From: Mustelus asterias
Taxonomy: Eukaryota
Reading direction: 5' to 3'
Assembly (NCBI RefSeq): GCF_964213995.1
Contig: NW_027590213.1
Span: 496,001-560,000 of the forward strand
Length of the DNA: 64,000 bases
Position 1 is the stretch's first letter. Every line of letters begins with the position of its first letter. Both the position numbers and the translations under genes were made by a program. The notes beneath the pieces are model-generated. The model saw only the letters and a program-made list of their open reading frames with translations, was not told where the DNA came from and did no database searches. Below are positions 12,518 through 23,796 of the stretch, piece by piece.

Positions 12518-12934
12518 ATGGAGAAACCTCAGAAATGTGAGGACTGTGGGAAGGGATTCAATTACCCATCCCAGCTGGAAAAGCATCGACACAGTCACAC
12601 AGGAGAGAGACCATTCACCTGCTCCATGTGTGGGAAGGGATTTGCTGACTCATTCTGCCTCCAGTCACACTTGCAAGCTCACGCTGAGGTTAAGCTATTC
12701 TGCTGCACATCCTGTGGGAAAATGTTTAGGTATTCATCCAACCTCATTGTACATCAGCAAGTTCACACTAGGGAGAAACCATTTACCTGCACTGTGTGTA
12801 GGAGGGGATTCACTTGGTCATCCCACCTGCTGAGACACCATCGAGTTCACACTGGGGTGAGGCCTGTCACCTATTCTGTGTGTGGGAAGGGATTCATTCT
12901 GCCCAAGACCACAAGGAACTACAAAAGGTCGTGA
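12518..12934 (+). CDS. Short C2H2 ZNF ORF (4 fingers), truncated by a Rex1-like insertion; possibly a pseudogene
   Basis: MEKPQKC... four fingers; the fifth is cut at about 12897 and the ORF ends in LINE-derived LPKTTRNYKRS. Confidence 0.6.
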   Translation: MEKPQKCEDCGKGFNYPSQLEKHRHSHTGERPFTCSMCGKGFADSFCLQSHLQAHAEVKLFCCTSCGKMFRYSSNLIVHQQVHTREKPFTCTVCRRGFTWSSHLLRHHRVHTGVRPVTYSVCGKGFILPKTTRNYKRS

Positions 12935-13310
12935 ATGTAGCCCAATCCATCACACAACCTAGCCTCCCATCCATTGACTCTGTCTACACTTCCCTCTGCC
13001 TCGGCAAAGCAGCTAGCATAATTAAGGACCTCACGCACCCCAGACATACTCTCTTCTGTCGGGAAAAAGATACACAAGTCTGAGGTCAAGTACCAACTGA
13101 CTCAAGAACAGTTTCTTCCCTGCGGCCAACAGACTATTGAATGGTCTTGCATTGCATTAAGTTGATCTTTCTCTACACCTTACAATGACTGTAACACTAC
13201 GTTCTGCACCCTCTCCTTTCCTTCTCTATCAACGGTATGCTTTGTATAGCGCGCAAGAAACAATGCTTTTCACTGTATACTAATACACATAATAATAAAT
13301 CAAATCAGAA
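12897..13310 (+). mobile_element. Rex1/Babar-like LINE 3' fragment
   Basis: SAQDHKELQKVVNVAQSITQPSLPSIDSVYTS; AATAATAAATCAAATC tail; same family as 5795-6350. Confidence 0.8.
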
Positions 13311-13559
13311 TCACAGTCACACTTCATTATCCACCAGAAAAAAGGGAAATGGTCCTGTCTGGTACAGAAATACCGGGAATGGAGACGAGTCCAATTGAAG
13401 TAATGGACGAAATAAATTGCCCTCTAATCTCTTATAAAATCTTGAATTAAATATAAAGAAAGGGCTCGCTCTTGCTCTGTTATGAAGAAAGCTTCCACAG
13501 CAGCCTGCTGGCTGACAACACAGTACAGGCTTGTTATCTTTGCTCAGGTCATGTAGCCA

Positions 13560-14310
13560 GGGATCCCTGGCTGACCAGGGACATTGAGGCTCTGGTCAGG
13601 TAAAAGAAGGAAGCATACATTGGGTTTAGGCAATCAGGGACAAGTGAATCACTTGATGTGATTAAAAAGTGTAAGAGAACACTTCAGAGAGCAATCAGGA
13701 GGGCAGAAAGAGGGTATGATATAGATCTGACAGGTAAGGTTAAAGAAAATCCCAAGAGGCTCTATAGCTATATTAAGAATCGAAGTGTGGCTACAGACAG
13801 AATAGATCTTCTTAAAAATCAGCATAGCTGTCTGTGTGTGGAGCCACAGGAGATGGCTGAGATTTTTAATGAATATTTCTCCCCATGTTTACTGAGGAGA
13901 ATATCATGGGTGCTAAAGAAATAAGAGGCTATGTATTGGGCCACACACATATTACTTGGGTGGAAATATCTTCAGCCTTAATGCACTTTAAGGTGGATAA
14001 ATCCCCTGGGCCTGATCAAGTGTATTCTTGGATCTTTTGGGGGGCTAGGGAAGAAATTGCAGAGGCCCTTGCAGAGATATTTGCTTCTTCTCTTCCACTG
14101 GCAAAGTTCTGGAAGATTGAAGCGTGGCTCATGTTGTTCCGTTGTTTAAGACGAGTAGCAAAGAGAAGCCGGGTAATTGCAGGCTGCTGAGCCTGACATC
14201 AGTGCTGGATAAATGACTGGAGAGAATTCTGAGGAACAGGTTCAGTGGGTCGGCATGGACCAGTTGGGCCAAGGACCTGTTTCTGTGCTTTATTGCTCTA
14301 TGGCCAGTGC
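13560..14310 (+). mobile_element. CR1 LINE ORF2 fragments
   Basis: KVKENPKRLYSYIK, KVDKSPGPDQVY, EEIAEALAEIF; homologous to the ORF2 at 38435-41254. Confidence 0.85.
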
Positions 14311-14543
14311 TCCATTTGTTATCGGTCTTTATACTTCGAACAAGCTTTCTCTCATACTCAAAATTTTTCTCCCTTATCATTCTTTTCATCATTCTTGGCC
14401 ATTTTTAATATTCTGACCAGTTGTCTGACCTGCCAGTCATCATTGCACAATTGTATGTGTTAGAGTGGGCCAAGGCTGAGGCAGCTGTGTTATATATATT
14501 TTAAAAAGAGAATAGACCAACGTTTCAAGTGTGGATGACCCTT

Positions 14544-15220
14544 TTGTCGAGCGGTGTTCATTCATCCGTTGTCGCAGTGTCTGCATAGTTTCCCCAATGT
14601 ACCATGCCTCGGGACATCCTTTCTTGCAGCGAGATGTCCCGAGGCATGGTACATTGGGGAAACTATGCAGACGCTGCGACAACGGATGAATGAACACCGC
14701 TCGACAATCACCAGGCAAGACTGTTCTCTTCCTGTTGGGGAGCACTTCAGTGGTCACGGGCATTCGGCCTCTGATATTCGGGTAAGCGTTCTCCAAGGCG
14801 GCCTTCGTGACACACGACAGCGCAGAGTCGCTGAGCAGAAACTGATAGCCAAGTTCCGCACACACGAGGACGGCCTCAACCGGGATATTGGGTTCATGTC
14901 ACACTATTTGTAACTCCCACAATTGCGTGGACCTGCAGAGTTTCACTGGCTGTCTTGTCTGGAGACAATACACATCTTTTTAGCCTGTCTTGATGCTTTC
15001 TCCACTCACATTGTTTTGTTTCTTAAAGACTTGATTAGTTGTAAGTATTCGCATTCCAACCATTATTCATGTAAATTGAGTCTGTGTCTTTATAAGCTCT
15101 GTTTGTGAACAGAATTCCCACTCACCTGAAGAAGGGGCTTAGAGCTTCGAAAGCTTGTGTGGCTTTTGCTACCAAATAAACCTGTTGGACTTTAACCTGG
15201 TGTTGTTAAACTTCTTACTG
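14544..15220 (+). mobile_element. Penelope-like element 3' fragment with a 5' fold-back
   Basis: CPEAWYIGETMQTLRQRMNEHR..GLNRD (GIY-YIG); pLTR nearly identical to 7022-7310; 75-bp inverted arms 14544-14618 / 14633-14707. Confidence 0.9.
15123..15159 (+). ncRNA. Minimal hammerhead ribozyme motif in Penelope pLTR
   Basis: CAC-CUGAAGA-A-GGGGCU(UAG)AGCUUC-GAAA-GCUU-GUG; the helix II change keeps pairing through G-U. Confidence 0.65.
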
Positions 15221-15589
15221 CATTAAACTTGCCCAGCAGGGCCTCTCGTATCAGCAGACAGGCAGCTGCTTTGTAAGACAGCTACAAGTAGAGACAAAGT
15301 CAGAGATAAGAGTGTCCTGAGAAGAGAGATTCATTGTGAAGGCTCAAGGATGGTTGATGGATGTAGCAATTCTCATTCCCCAAAAGCTGTGAATCCCTAT
15401 CCCACACACTCTCCCTCCATTCTCACTCTGCTGTATCTAATATTCACCCTCCCAATTCTCCTGAAGATGCTGATTCAAGCTGAATGACAGATCCATGTCC
15501 TGGACACAGAGAGCTGGAAATCTCCATGCAGGCGGCCAGACAGATATATGTCTATCTGACTGGACTAACAATGTGTGGAATGTACAGAC

Positions 15590-16020
15590 TGGGGGAACAA
15601 TGGGTGGGGGCGGGGCTCCCGGGTCCGCGCGCCTGAACCCGGAGACGTCACCGCGGAGCAGAGTGAATCTATTGGCTGATTCAGGCAGGGCTCCATTGTG
15701 CGGTCACAATGACTCAGAGGGGCGTTCCCAGCACACAGTGTCCCATTGGCAGCAATATCACTGGTTACAGAAGCAGCACACTGCGGATTGGACACCAGCT
15801 CAGCGCGGCTGGCGGTCAAAGCCCCGCCCAAACCCACGTGGGCTCGGGTTCCGCCCCCACATTGTCTACATGCGGCAGATTGACCAATGGCAACCCGTGG
15901 AGGACCGGATGGGCGCTGGTCCTCCAGCCAATCAAAGTCCGGGACTTGTATGCAGCTTCCTCCATTCCGGCCCAGCTAAACTGCTCCTCTCTGAATGAAG
16001 ATTGAGCTTCAGACAGATTA
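15590..16020. promoter_or_regulatory. CpG-island promoter upstream of the 16.9-kb ZNF gene
   Basis: GC boxes, CRE-like GACGTCA, several CCAAT/ATTGG; modules homologous to 53700-53845 (inverted) and 54020-54186 (direct). Confidence 0.7.
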
Positions 16021-16947
16021 ATATTGTACTGTAGCGACCTTAGATATTTCCAGTCATTCGTCTCTTGCCTATTAGAGTCATTAGTGTTTGGATTTCTTTT
16101 CCACAGGGATGAGTGGAGGGTGAGAGTCATTGAATATATTCCAGGGTGAGTTAAACTGATTTTTGATTGATAAAGGCGTCAAGCGTTATGGGGAACAGGG
16201 AGAAAAAGGGAGAGAAAGTTAAGATAAGGAGGGATTTCCTCACTCAAGTATGTGCGTAGTTTTGGAATTATGCACCCCACGCTGAGGTAGATCGGCCAAT
16301 TCTCAATCAATGATTGAGGCAGTTCGATGGGCTGAATGGCCAACTGCAGCTCCTGTTTCTTATAATTTCTATGTGCTGGAGAGGAAGCAGTGAGCATGGA
16401 TCTGTCAATCAGCCTCAATCAGCACCTTCAGGAGAATTGGGAGGGTGAATACTAGATACAGCAGAGTGAGAATGGAGGGAGAGTGTGTGGGATGGAGATT
16501 TACAACTTTTGGGAAATGAGGGAGGAAATAATGTTCTATAGAAACTGGAATTGTGTCTTCTGAATTTCTATCCTGTTCCGACAGTGATGGCTTTAATAAA
16601 CTCATTTTACAGGATATTGAAAGAGGAATCGCATTCCGAAATCTCAAACGTCACGTCTAGATCTGACAGAGTCATATTCCTTGGGAGCTGAATATCATCA
16701 GCCTTTGAATCGAGAAGGAGAAATGATTTGAAAAGATTTCAAACATCAGTGTGACTGGAAAAGCACCAACACACTGCCACACTTGAGTGAGAGTGTTCCA
16801 GCGCACGGACTAAAGAGCTTTAACCAGTTACACAGCCTGAATAAATATCACATCATTCACAGCAGGGAGAGACTGTACTCGTGTTCTGTGTGTGGATGAG
16901 GCTTCAACTAATTGTCCACCCAAGAGAGAGGCAAGGACACCTGCACC

Positions 16948-17790
16948 ATGGAGAAACCATGGAAATGTGCGGACTGTGGGAAGAGATACAGAACCCCATC
17001 CCAGCTGGAAGCTCATCGGCGCAGCCACACTGGGGAGCGGCCATTCATCTGCTCTCACTGTAGAGAGGGATTCACTCGGTTATCCATCCTGAAGCAACAC
17101 CAGCGAGTTCACACTGGGGAGAGGCCGTTCACTTGCTCTAAGTGTGGGGAGGGATTCACTCAGGCATCCGCTCTGTGGAGACACAAGCAGGTTCACACTG
17201 GAGAGAAACCATTCACCTGCTCTCAGTGTGAGAAGGGATTCACTCGGTTATCCCAGCTGCAGACACACCAGCGAGTTCACACTGGGGAGAGGCCATTCAT
17301 CTGCTCTCAGTGTGGGGAGGGATTCACTGACTTATCCAGCCTACGGTCACACCAGAGAGTTCACACTGGGGAGAGGCCATTCACCTGCTCTCAGTGTGGG
17401 AAGGGATTCACTCAGTCATCCACCCTGCAGAAGCACCAGCGAGTTCACACTGGGGAGAAACCGTTCACCTGCTCTCAATGTGGGAAGGGATTCAGTCAGT
17501 CATCCAATCTGCAGATACACCAGCGGGTTCACACTGGGGGGAAACCGTTCACCTGCTCTCAGTGTGGGAAGGGATTCACTCTGTCATCCACCCTGCGGAG
17601 ACACCAGCGAGTTCACACTGGGGAGAGGCCATTCACCTGCTCTCAGTGTGGAAGGGGATTCACTCAGTCATCCAATCTGCAGACACACCAGCGAGTTCAC
17701 ACTGGGGAGAGACCGTTCACCTGCTCTCAGTGTGGGAAGGGTTTCAGAGTTTCATCCCAGCTGCTGAGACACCAACAGGTTCACGAGTGA
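16948..17790 (+). CDS. KRAB-less C2H2 zinc-finger protein, 10 fingers, intact ORF
   Basis: CACCATGG start; 280 aa = 10 x 28-aa fingers; acceptor at 16611-16612. Confidence 0.88.
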   Translation: MEKPWKCADCGKRYRTPSQLEAHRRSHTGERPFICSHCREGFTRLSILKQHQRVHTGERPFTCSKCGEGFTQASALWRHKQVHTGEKPFTCSQCEKGFTRLSQLQTHQRVHTGERPFICSQCGEGFTDLSSLRSHQRVHTGERPFTCSQCGKGFTQSSTLQKHQRVHTGEKPFTCSQCGKGFSQSSNLQIHQRVHTGGKPFTCSQCGKGFTLSSTLRRHQRVHTGERPFTCSQCGRGFTQSSNLQTHQRVHTGERPFTCSQCGKGFRVSSQLLRHQQVHE

Positions 17791-20700
17791 TTCCAGGGGT
17801 TGGATTCTGCTGTTATTGTTTCTGCTCTCAATTACATCCAGGACTGCATTTTGTTCATTCTCACAGTTGGTCAATGGGGAGGGTCGGGGGGTTTCTTTCT
17901 GCTGGACTGGCCGGTCTCACGACTTTGCCTCCAGTGGGCTGATGCTCTTTGAGTCTTGTTGTGAATATCTGGTTTCAGATTTCACAAGGATCACAGAGTG
18001 ACCGGGTGTGAGGAAGTTCAGAGATATTTAGTCAGCATTTCTGTTTGAAACTTCCCAAATCCCGTCCAATTTCCTTTGTAATTATTTATTGTCTCCACTT
18101 CCTCCACCCTCGTAGGCAGCGTGTTCCAGGTCATTACCATCCGCTGCACCAAAATATTCTTCCTCACAACCCTTGCATTTTTCACTATTGAATAACTGCG
18201 TAAGCTGTCTGTATCTGTGACTTGGAGCTGAGAGTTGTATTAGAATGTCTCTGTGATTACTGTATTAGAGAGCTTTGTCAGGGCTGTGACTTTGAGCTGT
18301 GAGAGCTGTATCACAGGAGGGTGCTCCTCCAGAGCTTTCTCTGGGGTTGTTCCCTCCAGGCGTGAATCATGAATAAACTATTGTAACATGTCCCTGGGTC
18401 TCCTGTGGTTAGTTGGAAGAAATACATCACAACAGGACAATAAGGGAATTGGAATAACTCACCTTGGGTGTGGTTGAGTGGAATATATCAATCTGGTATC
18501 CACCTACATTCTAGTGAAAGTCAGGAATGTGTAGATGGGATGAATAAGTTGATCACTTTCTCTGGGAGATATTTACATCCTTGTCCATGAACTTTGTTTT
18601 AAAGAAATCCACATTTGAAAGCCCGGCCACTCCATGAAACATCAGCACCATAACAAGGGGAGATAAGAAAGACAGGCACTCATTTTGAACTTTTCATCAA
18701 TACATCTGAGAGTTAAGAATGTGTGACATGATTTTGGGATACCGGAGTGAGTGCACAGATGTGATTTGTTACATGTGAAAAATAACAAGCCTAAATTCAT
18801 GGTGAGATGGAGTGAAGAGCGGGTCCCAAACACACACAGCTACTTGAGACACTGCAGGAGATGAAATGGTTAATGTGGCCAGGGGATTGTGACATCATTG
18901 TGACATCATCAAGGCATTGACACACACTCCAGAGAGAAACTGAGTTCAAAACAATCAGGGTCCAATTAAACACACTGCACATGCTCACAAAGTGAGTGAA
19001 ATTACAGTAAAATGGATCATATTATAGATTGGGACAATTGAGGTCTTGGGAGAAATAATACGGAGTAAGAACTGTCCACAGTTGGACAGGGGTAAGGAGA
19101 GAGCTGGAGAATCTTTTACATCCATGCTTGATCTGTTGATTGAAGGACCTGTCCTAACGTACAAGTAACCGAGAACTCACGGTGTTCCTTCAGGAGAAAA
19201 GTTTGATTAGATGTTACCCCAGGTGGGACCAGAATAGAACTCGAAAATAACGGAGTGAAATTGAGTGAGGGGTCAGAGAGAAAGTTCTCCTCCCCCTCAA
19301 GATGTGGACTGAAATAATCCTGGGGGACCCCCTACTTTGGGTTTTCTTGCTAATTAGTGAATATGATATTCGATTCTATAACTGGCTGTGCATTTATTTT
19401 GAATTTGATTGTTACACTTCTCCTGTTTTTATTCCTGTTGTGATTACGCTCTGGGTAAGGATGGTTGACAGGTGACAGGATGGGAAATTGTGGTTTGGGT
19501 CATTGACCAAATGTTTTATTGATCTGAAAGGTGTAAAAGGGGCCAAACTTCAGCAGAAATGCAGCAGAGCTGAGAACAGACAACTTGCTGTGTGGGAGCA
19601 GGGAGATAAACAGCTCCCAGAGGACAGAGAAACCAGGAGGGCCTTGAATCCTAGATGACCTGTGTGTCAAGGCCACCATGTTTTCACTGCTTGGCACGGG
19701 AATGCTGACTCCCTGTACCAGGGACGGAGCGTGGGAAGACAATTGTTTGAGAGTTTGATGTGGCTTGTGGGGGGGTACAGATGGTTCAGTGACAGGTTTT
19801 GTTATGTTAGCTGGGCAATGACTGGGTTAAGAAGGGATTCCCCGAGCACAGAGATTTGTCGAGGTTTTACATATTGCATTGACTGGTGCCATGGCATCTG
19901 GGGCAGAGCAGGGAGCATTTCCGTGGAGATGCTGCTTCTACCCAGAGTGTAATGGTAATGCTGCTGCACTTTGATACGACTGCTCAGACATTAGCCTGTG
20001 TCAGCTCTTATTGATACTGAATAAAATCTAACCACTGTCACCAATAAGGGTTATCACTGGGAATCATTTCAGAGTTTGGGAAAAGGGGAGAAAGGGTTAA
20101 TTGACTCCCTGAACCCCATTTTCTAACATCGCTGAGTCAAAAATAAAATCTCATCTCCCCCTCTGGCTCCTTTGCCAATTACCTTTAGAGGGACTCACTT
20201 TCTGTTAAAGAACCTACCAACCCCTCTCACCCTCTTTCCCTAAAGTTCATCAATCTCATCAGGAAAAGTCCAGAACAATCAAATATTTTTACTGATAAAA
20301 GTTTATTAATGAAACAGAACATGGTTAAAACAAACAGAAAATGACTTGAGGATCAAAGACAACCAGAGTAAAAGGATGTTCACAATGTTCTGGACACAAC
20401 TGGATTCTCTTCAGCTCCTCTGTCCCCTGTTCCTGTGACTCCCCGCTTTGGACACAGGGACACTGAACCCCGGGGGTCACGTCACCATCAGCCCTGGTCA
20501 CCTCCTCCGGTGCCCTGATTGGTTGGAGGCCCATTTCCCAGTCAGACCTCCAGCACCTTCCTGTCTCTCTGTTAGTGTGACGCCCATGGGGGGGCGATGC
20601 CCAACTGGGGCGCAGGCCTCGTTATTCTCAGCTAAATTCAGCCCTCAGCTCCGTCACCTGGCTGTCATTGACACGAGCAACAGAGACAGAAAGGAGCCCC

Positions 20701-21264
20701 GGGCTCAAATGGGAAGTCAAAACTTGTGTCTCTGAACCAACACTTCAACATTTGTCAGTCAAATCCATGTTATTTACACCGGGAGTTTTTATGATGAGAT
20801 TAATTGAAGTGTTCGGCTAGTCAGCAAGCTCGAGAAGCACTGATTCCAGATTGTTCAATACTTCTACCTTGAATCGCAAAAGCTTCTCACTTTATTCCCT
20901 TCCTGAACTGAGTTCCATCATCCTGAGCAGCTGTGGGTGTCGCCTCTCTGTGTAAACTCCTGCCCCTTTTTATAAGGCTCTCTCATTCCTTATTGTGGGT
21001 CAATTCTTTAATGGTTGAGGATCGCTCTGTGATGCAGTGAGTGTTTATCCGGTCAATCAATGTTTCTGATGTCAGTCGGAACGTCCATCGTTACTTTTCA
21101 TCTGTTTCTTACTCTGTGTTTTATAAAAATAAAGTTTATAAAATTTTACAGAATGGTCAGCTTTAAGGTTTCTGAAGTTCATGATGAGGTCATCCAAAGG
21201 TCAAATCCTCTCTTTTCTCCTTCCTGTTTAACTAAGGGGTTGTGTGGAATATTCCATTCAGGGG

Positions 21265-21645
21265 GAGGTGGTGGGAATGTCACTGGCCGAGTAATGCAGA
21301 GACCCAGCAAAGGATCTGGGGACAGGCAGCTGGTGGGATTTGAATTCAGTGAATCAATCTGGAATTATATAAAGTTAGTCTCAGAAACGGTGACCATGAA
21401 ACTATCGACTGTTGTAAAAACCTGTCCAGTTCACCCTATTAATGCTCCCTATCAGGGAGGGAAATCTGCCATCCTTACCCGGTCTGGCCTACATGTGAAT
21501 CCAGACCCACACAGCAATGTGGGTGACTCTTAACTGTCCCTCTGAAATGGCTGAGCAAGTCACTCCATTCAAGGGGAAATTAGGAGCTGAGCAACGTGTG
21601 CTGGGGCTTTGCCAGCAGTGTCCACATCCCAGGAAAGAATAAAGA
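21265..21645 (+). mobile_element. tRNA-derived SINE (family with GGTCTGGCCTACATGTGACTCCAG core), degenerate
   Basis: Similar to 26517-26908; mirrored at about 60550-60940. Confidence 0.65.
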
Positions 21646-22279
21646 ATATTCCACGGAAAGTGATGGGTGATTTGAAATGAATTGAAAGTAGGTCAGGAGG
21701 TGCTCGTATTGTCCAGAGCTGCTTTTCAATGGATCCTCCTGTTTAAAATAAAAACACATCAGTGTGCCCCTTTCCCAGACACACTGACCTTGGAATATCA
21801 CAATGCTGTTTTTAAACATTCCTATGTTAAAGAATCAGTCATTTAGAATTGTGAAACAGACAGAAATTAAATGTTCCGTTTTTCCTGGGATCCTCCTGTG
21901 CCTGGCACCGGTATCCTGAACAAGGTTATTAACATTCTCTGGGTTAAAGGTTCCTCCTGGTTCTTGCTGTCTGTTGTGTCCTTTGTCACAGTCGGTACCA
22001 GGACATTTCTATTGAAAGGTTGTTAAGAAATTCCAGTGAATTCCAGTCCCTTGTGTAACGTTCCATTTGGTGTGTGTCAGATTCAGAGATGTCCACGTGT
22101 GTGTGAAAAGGGTTCTGGGTCAGGGTTTTAACCCTTCTTTCCCCGTTAGTAACAATGAGCCCTGTATTCAATTCTAAAGTATAAAGTCCTCATTAGATAT
22201 CAATTCTACCTGTTATCTACATTTCACCAACCAGTCTATATTTTCATCACGGGACTGCAGTGGGAGCACCGTCAACATC

Positions 22280-23460
22280 TTACTAACTTGATCGATTTTA
22301 TCGAGGAGATGACGAAGGTGATCGATGAGGGTAGAGCAGTGGATGTTGTGAACATGGATTTTAGTGAGGCTTTCGACAAGTTCCCTCATGGTCGGCTCAT
22401 CCAGAAGATTAAGATGCATGGGATTCACGGTGACTTGGCCGCTTGGATTCAGAATTGACTTCCCATAGAAATCAGAGAGTAGTGGTGGAGGGTGTTTTTC
22501 TGACTGGAGGTCCATGACTCGTGGTGTTCTGCAGGGATCTGTACTGGGACCTGCGCTATTTGTGATATATATAAATGACTTGGATGAAAACGTGGATGGG
22601 TGGGTTAGTAAGTTTGCAGACGACACAAAACTAGATGGAGTTGTAGATAGTGTAGAAGGTTGTCAAAGGATACAGTGGGATGTAGATCAGCTACAGATAT
22701 GAGCGGAGAAATGGCAGATGGATTTTAATCCGGGCAAGTGTGAGGTGCTGCATTTTGGGAGATCAAATATTAAGGATAAGTATACAGTTAATGTACAGGG
22801 GGATCTTGGGGTTCAAGTCCATAGCTTCCTGAAATTAGCCACACAAATATTTAGTCGGTAAAGAAAGCATATGGCATGCTTGCCTTTATTGAGTACAAGA
22901 GTCAGCGTGCCATGTTGCAGCTTTATAAAACTTTGTTTGGGCCACACTTAGAATATTGTGTTCAATTCTGGTCGCCACATTACAGAAAGGATGCAGAGGT
23001 TTTGATGAAGATGCAGAAGAGGTTTCCCAGGATGCTGCCTGGATTGGAGGGTGTGAGCGACTGACAAACGAGGGTTGTTTTCTCGATAGCGGTGGAGGGT
23101 GAGGGGAGACCTGATAGCAGTCTACAAAATGAGACATAGAATCTTTTCCCCCAGAGTTGATATGTCTAATACCAGGGGACATGCACTTAAGGTGAGATGG
23201 GGAAAGTTCAAAGGAGATGTGAGAGGTAAGGTTTTTTACACAGAGAGTGGTAGGTGTCTGGAATGCGCTGCTAGGAGTGGTGGTGGAGGCAGATACGATA
23301 GGGACGTTTAAGGGGGTTTTAAATAAGCACATGAATATGTGAGGAATAGAGGAATATGGACCAAGGGCAGGCAGAAAGGAATAGTTTAATTTGGCATCAT
23401 GTTCGACACAACATGGTGGGCTGAAGGGTCTGTTCCTGTGCTGTACTGTTCTACGTTCTA
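22280..23460 (+). mobile_element. CR1 LINE 3' ~1.2 kb, decayed
   Basis: [50 protein letters not shown]-type tail. Confidence 0.9.
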
Positions 23461-23796
23461 TTTGTGATCTCCATTTAGAAAAAGGAAATAGAGGCACTGG
23501 AGAAGGGGCAAGAAAGATTCACAAGAATAATCCCAGAACTGTAATCACTTGTGAACTCACTGGTGTTTCACCAAGTTTGCTGACTGAGTGAATCCCTTCC
23601 CAGTCAGAGCAGGTGACCAGCCTCTGCCTGGTGTGAACTCACTGGTGGGACACGAGTCCCCGAGAGCTTTTGAAGCCACGCCCACATTTAAAGGGTCTCT
23701 CCTGGGTGTGATGATGTTGTGTCTGGGCAGGCTGGATAACCGAGTAAATCCTTTCGCACACACCGAGCAGGTGAATGGTTTCTCCCCGGTGTGAAC

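Noticed and set aside
15495-16130. Overlapping ORFs in CpG islands (also 11503-12096, 29645-30177, 53601-54128)
   Set aside because: GC-rich, stop-poor promoter or minisatellite DNA with no recognisable domain.
17144-17942. Long alternative-frame ORFs over ZNF arrays ([12 protein letters not shown] / [11 protein letters not shown] repeats; also 23895-24515, 24732-25373, 56720-57175)
   Set aside because: They are by-products of 84-bp finger periodicity and codon usage, with no independent coding evidence.
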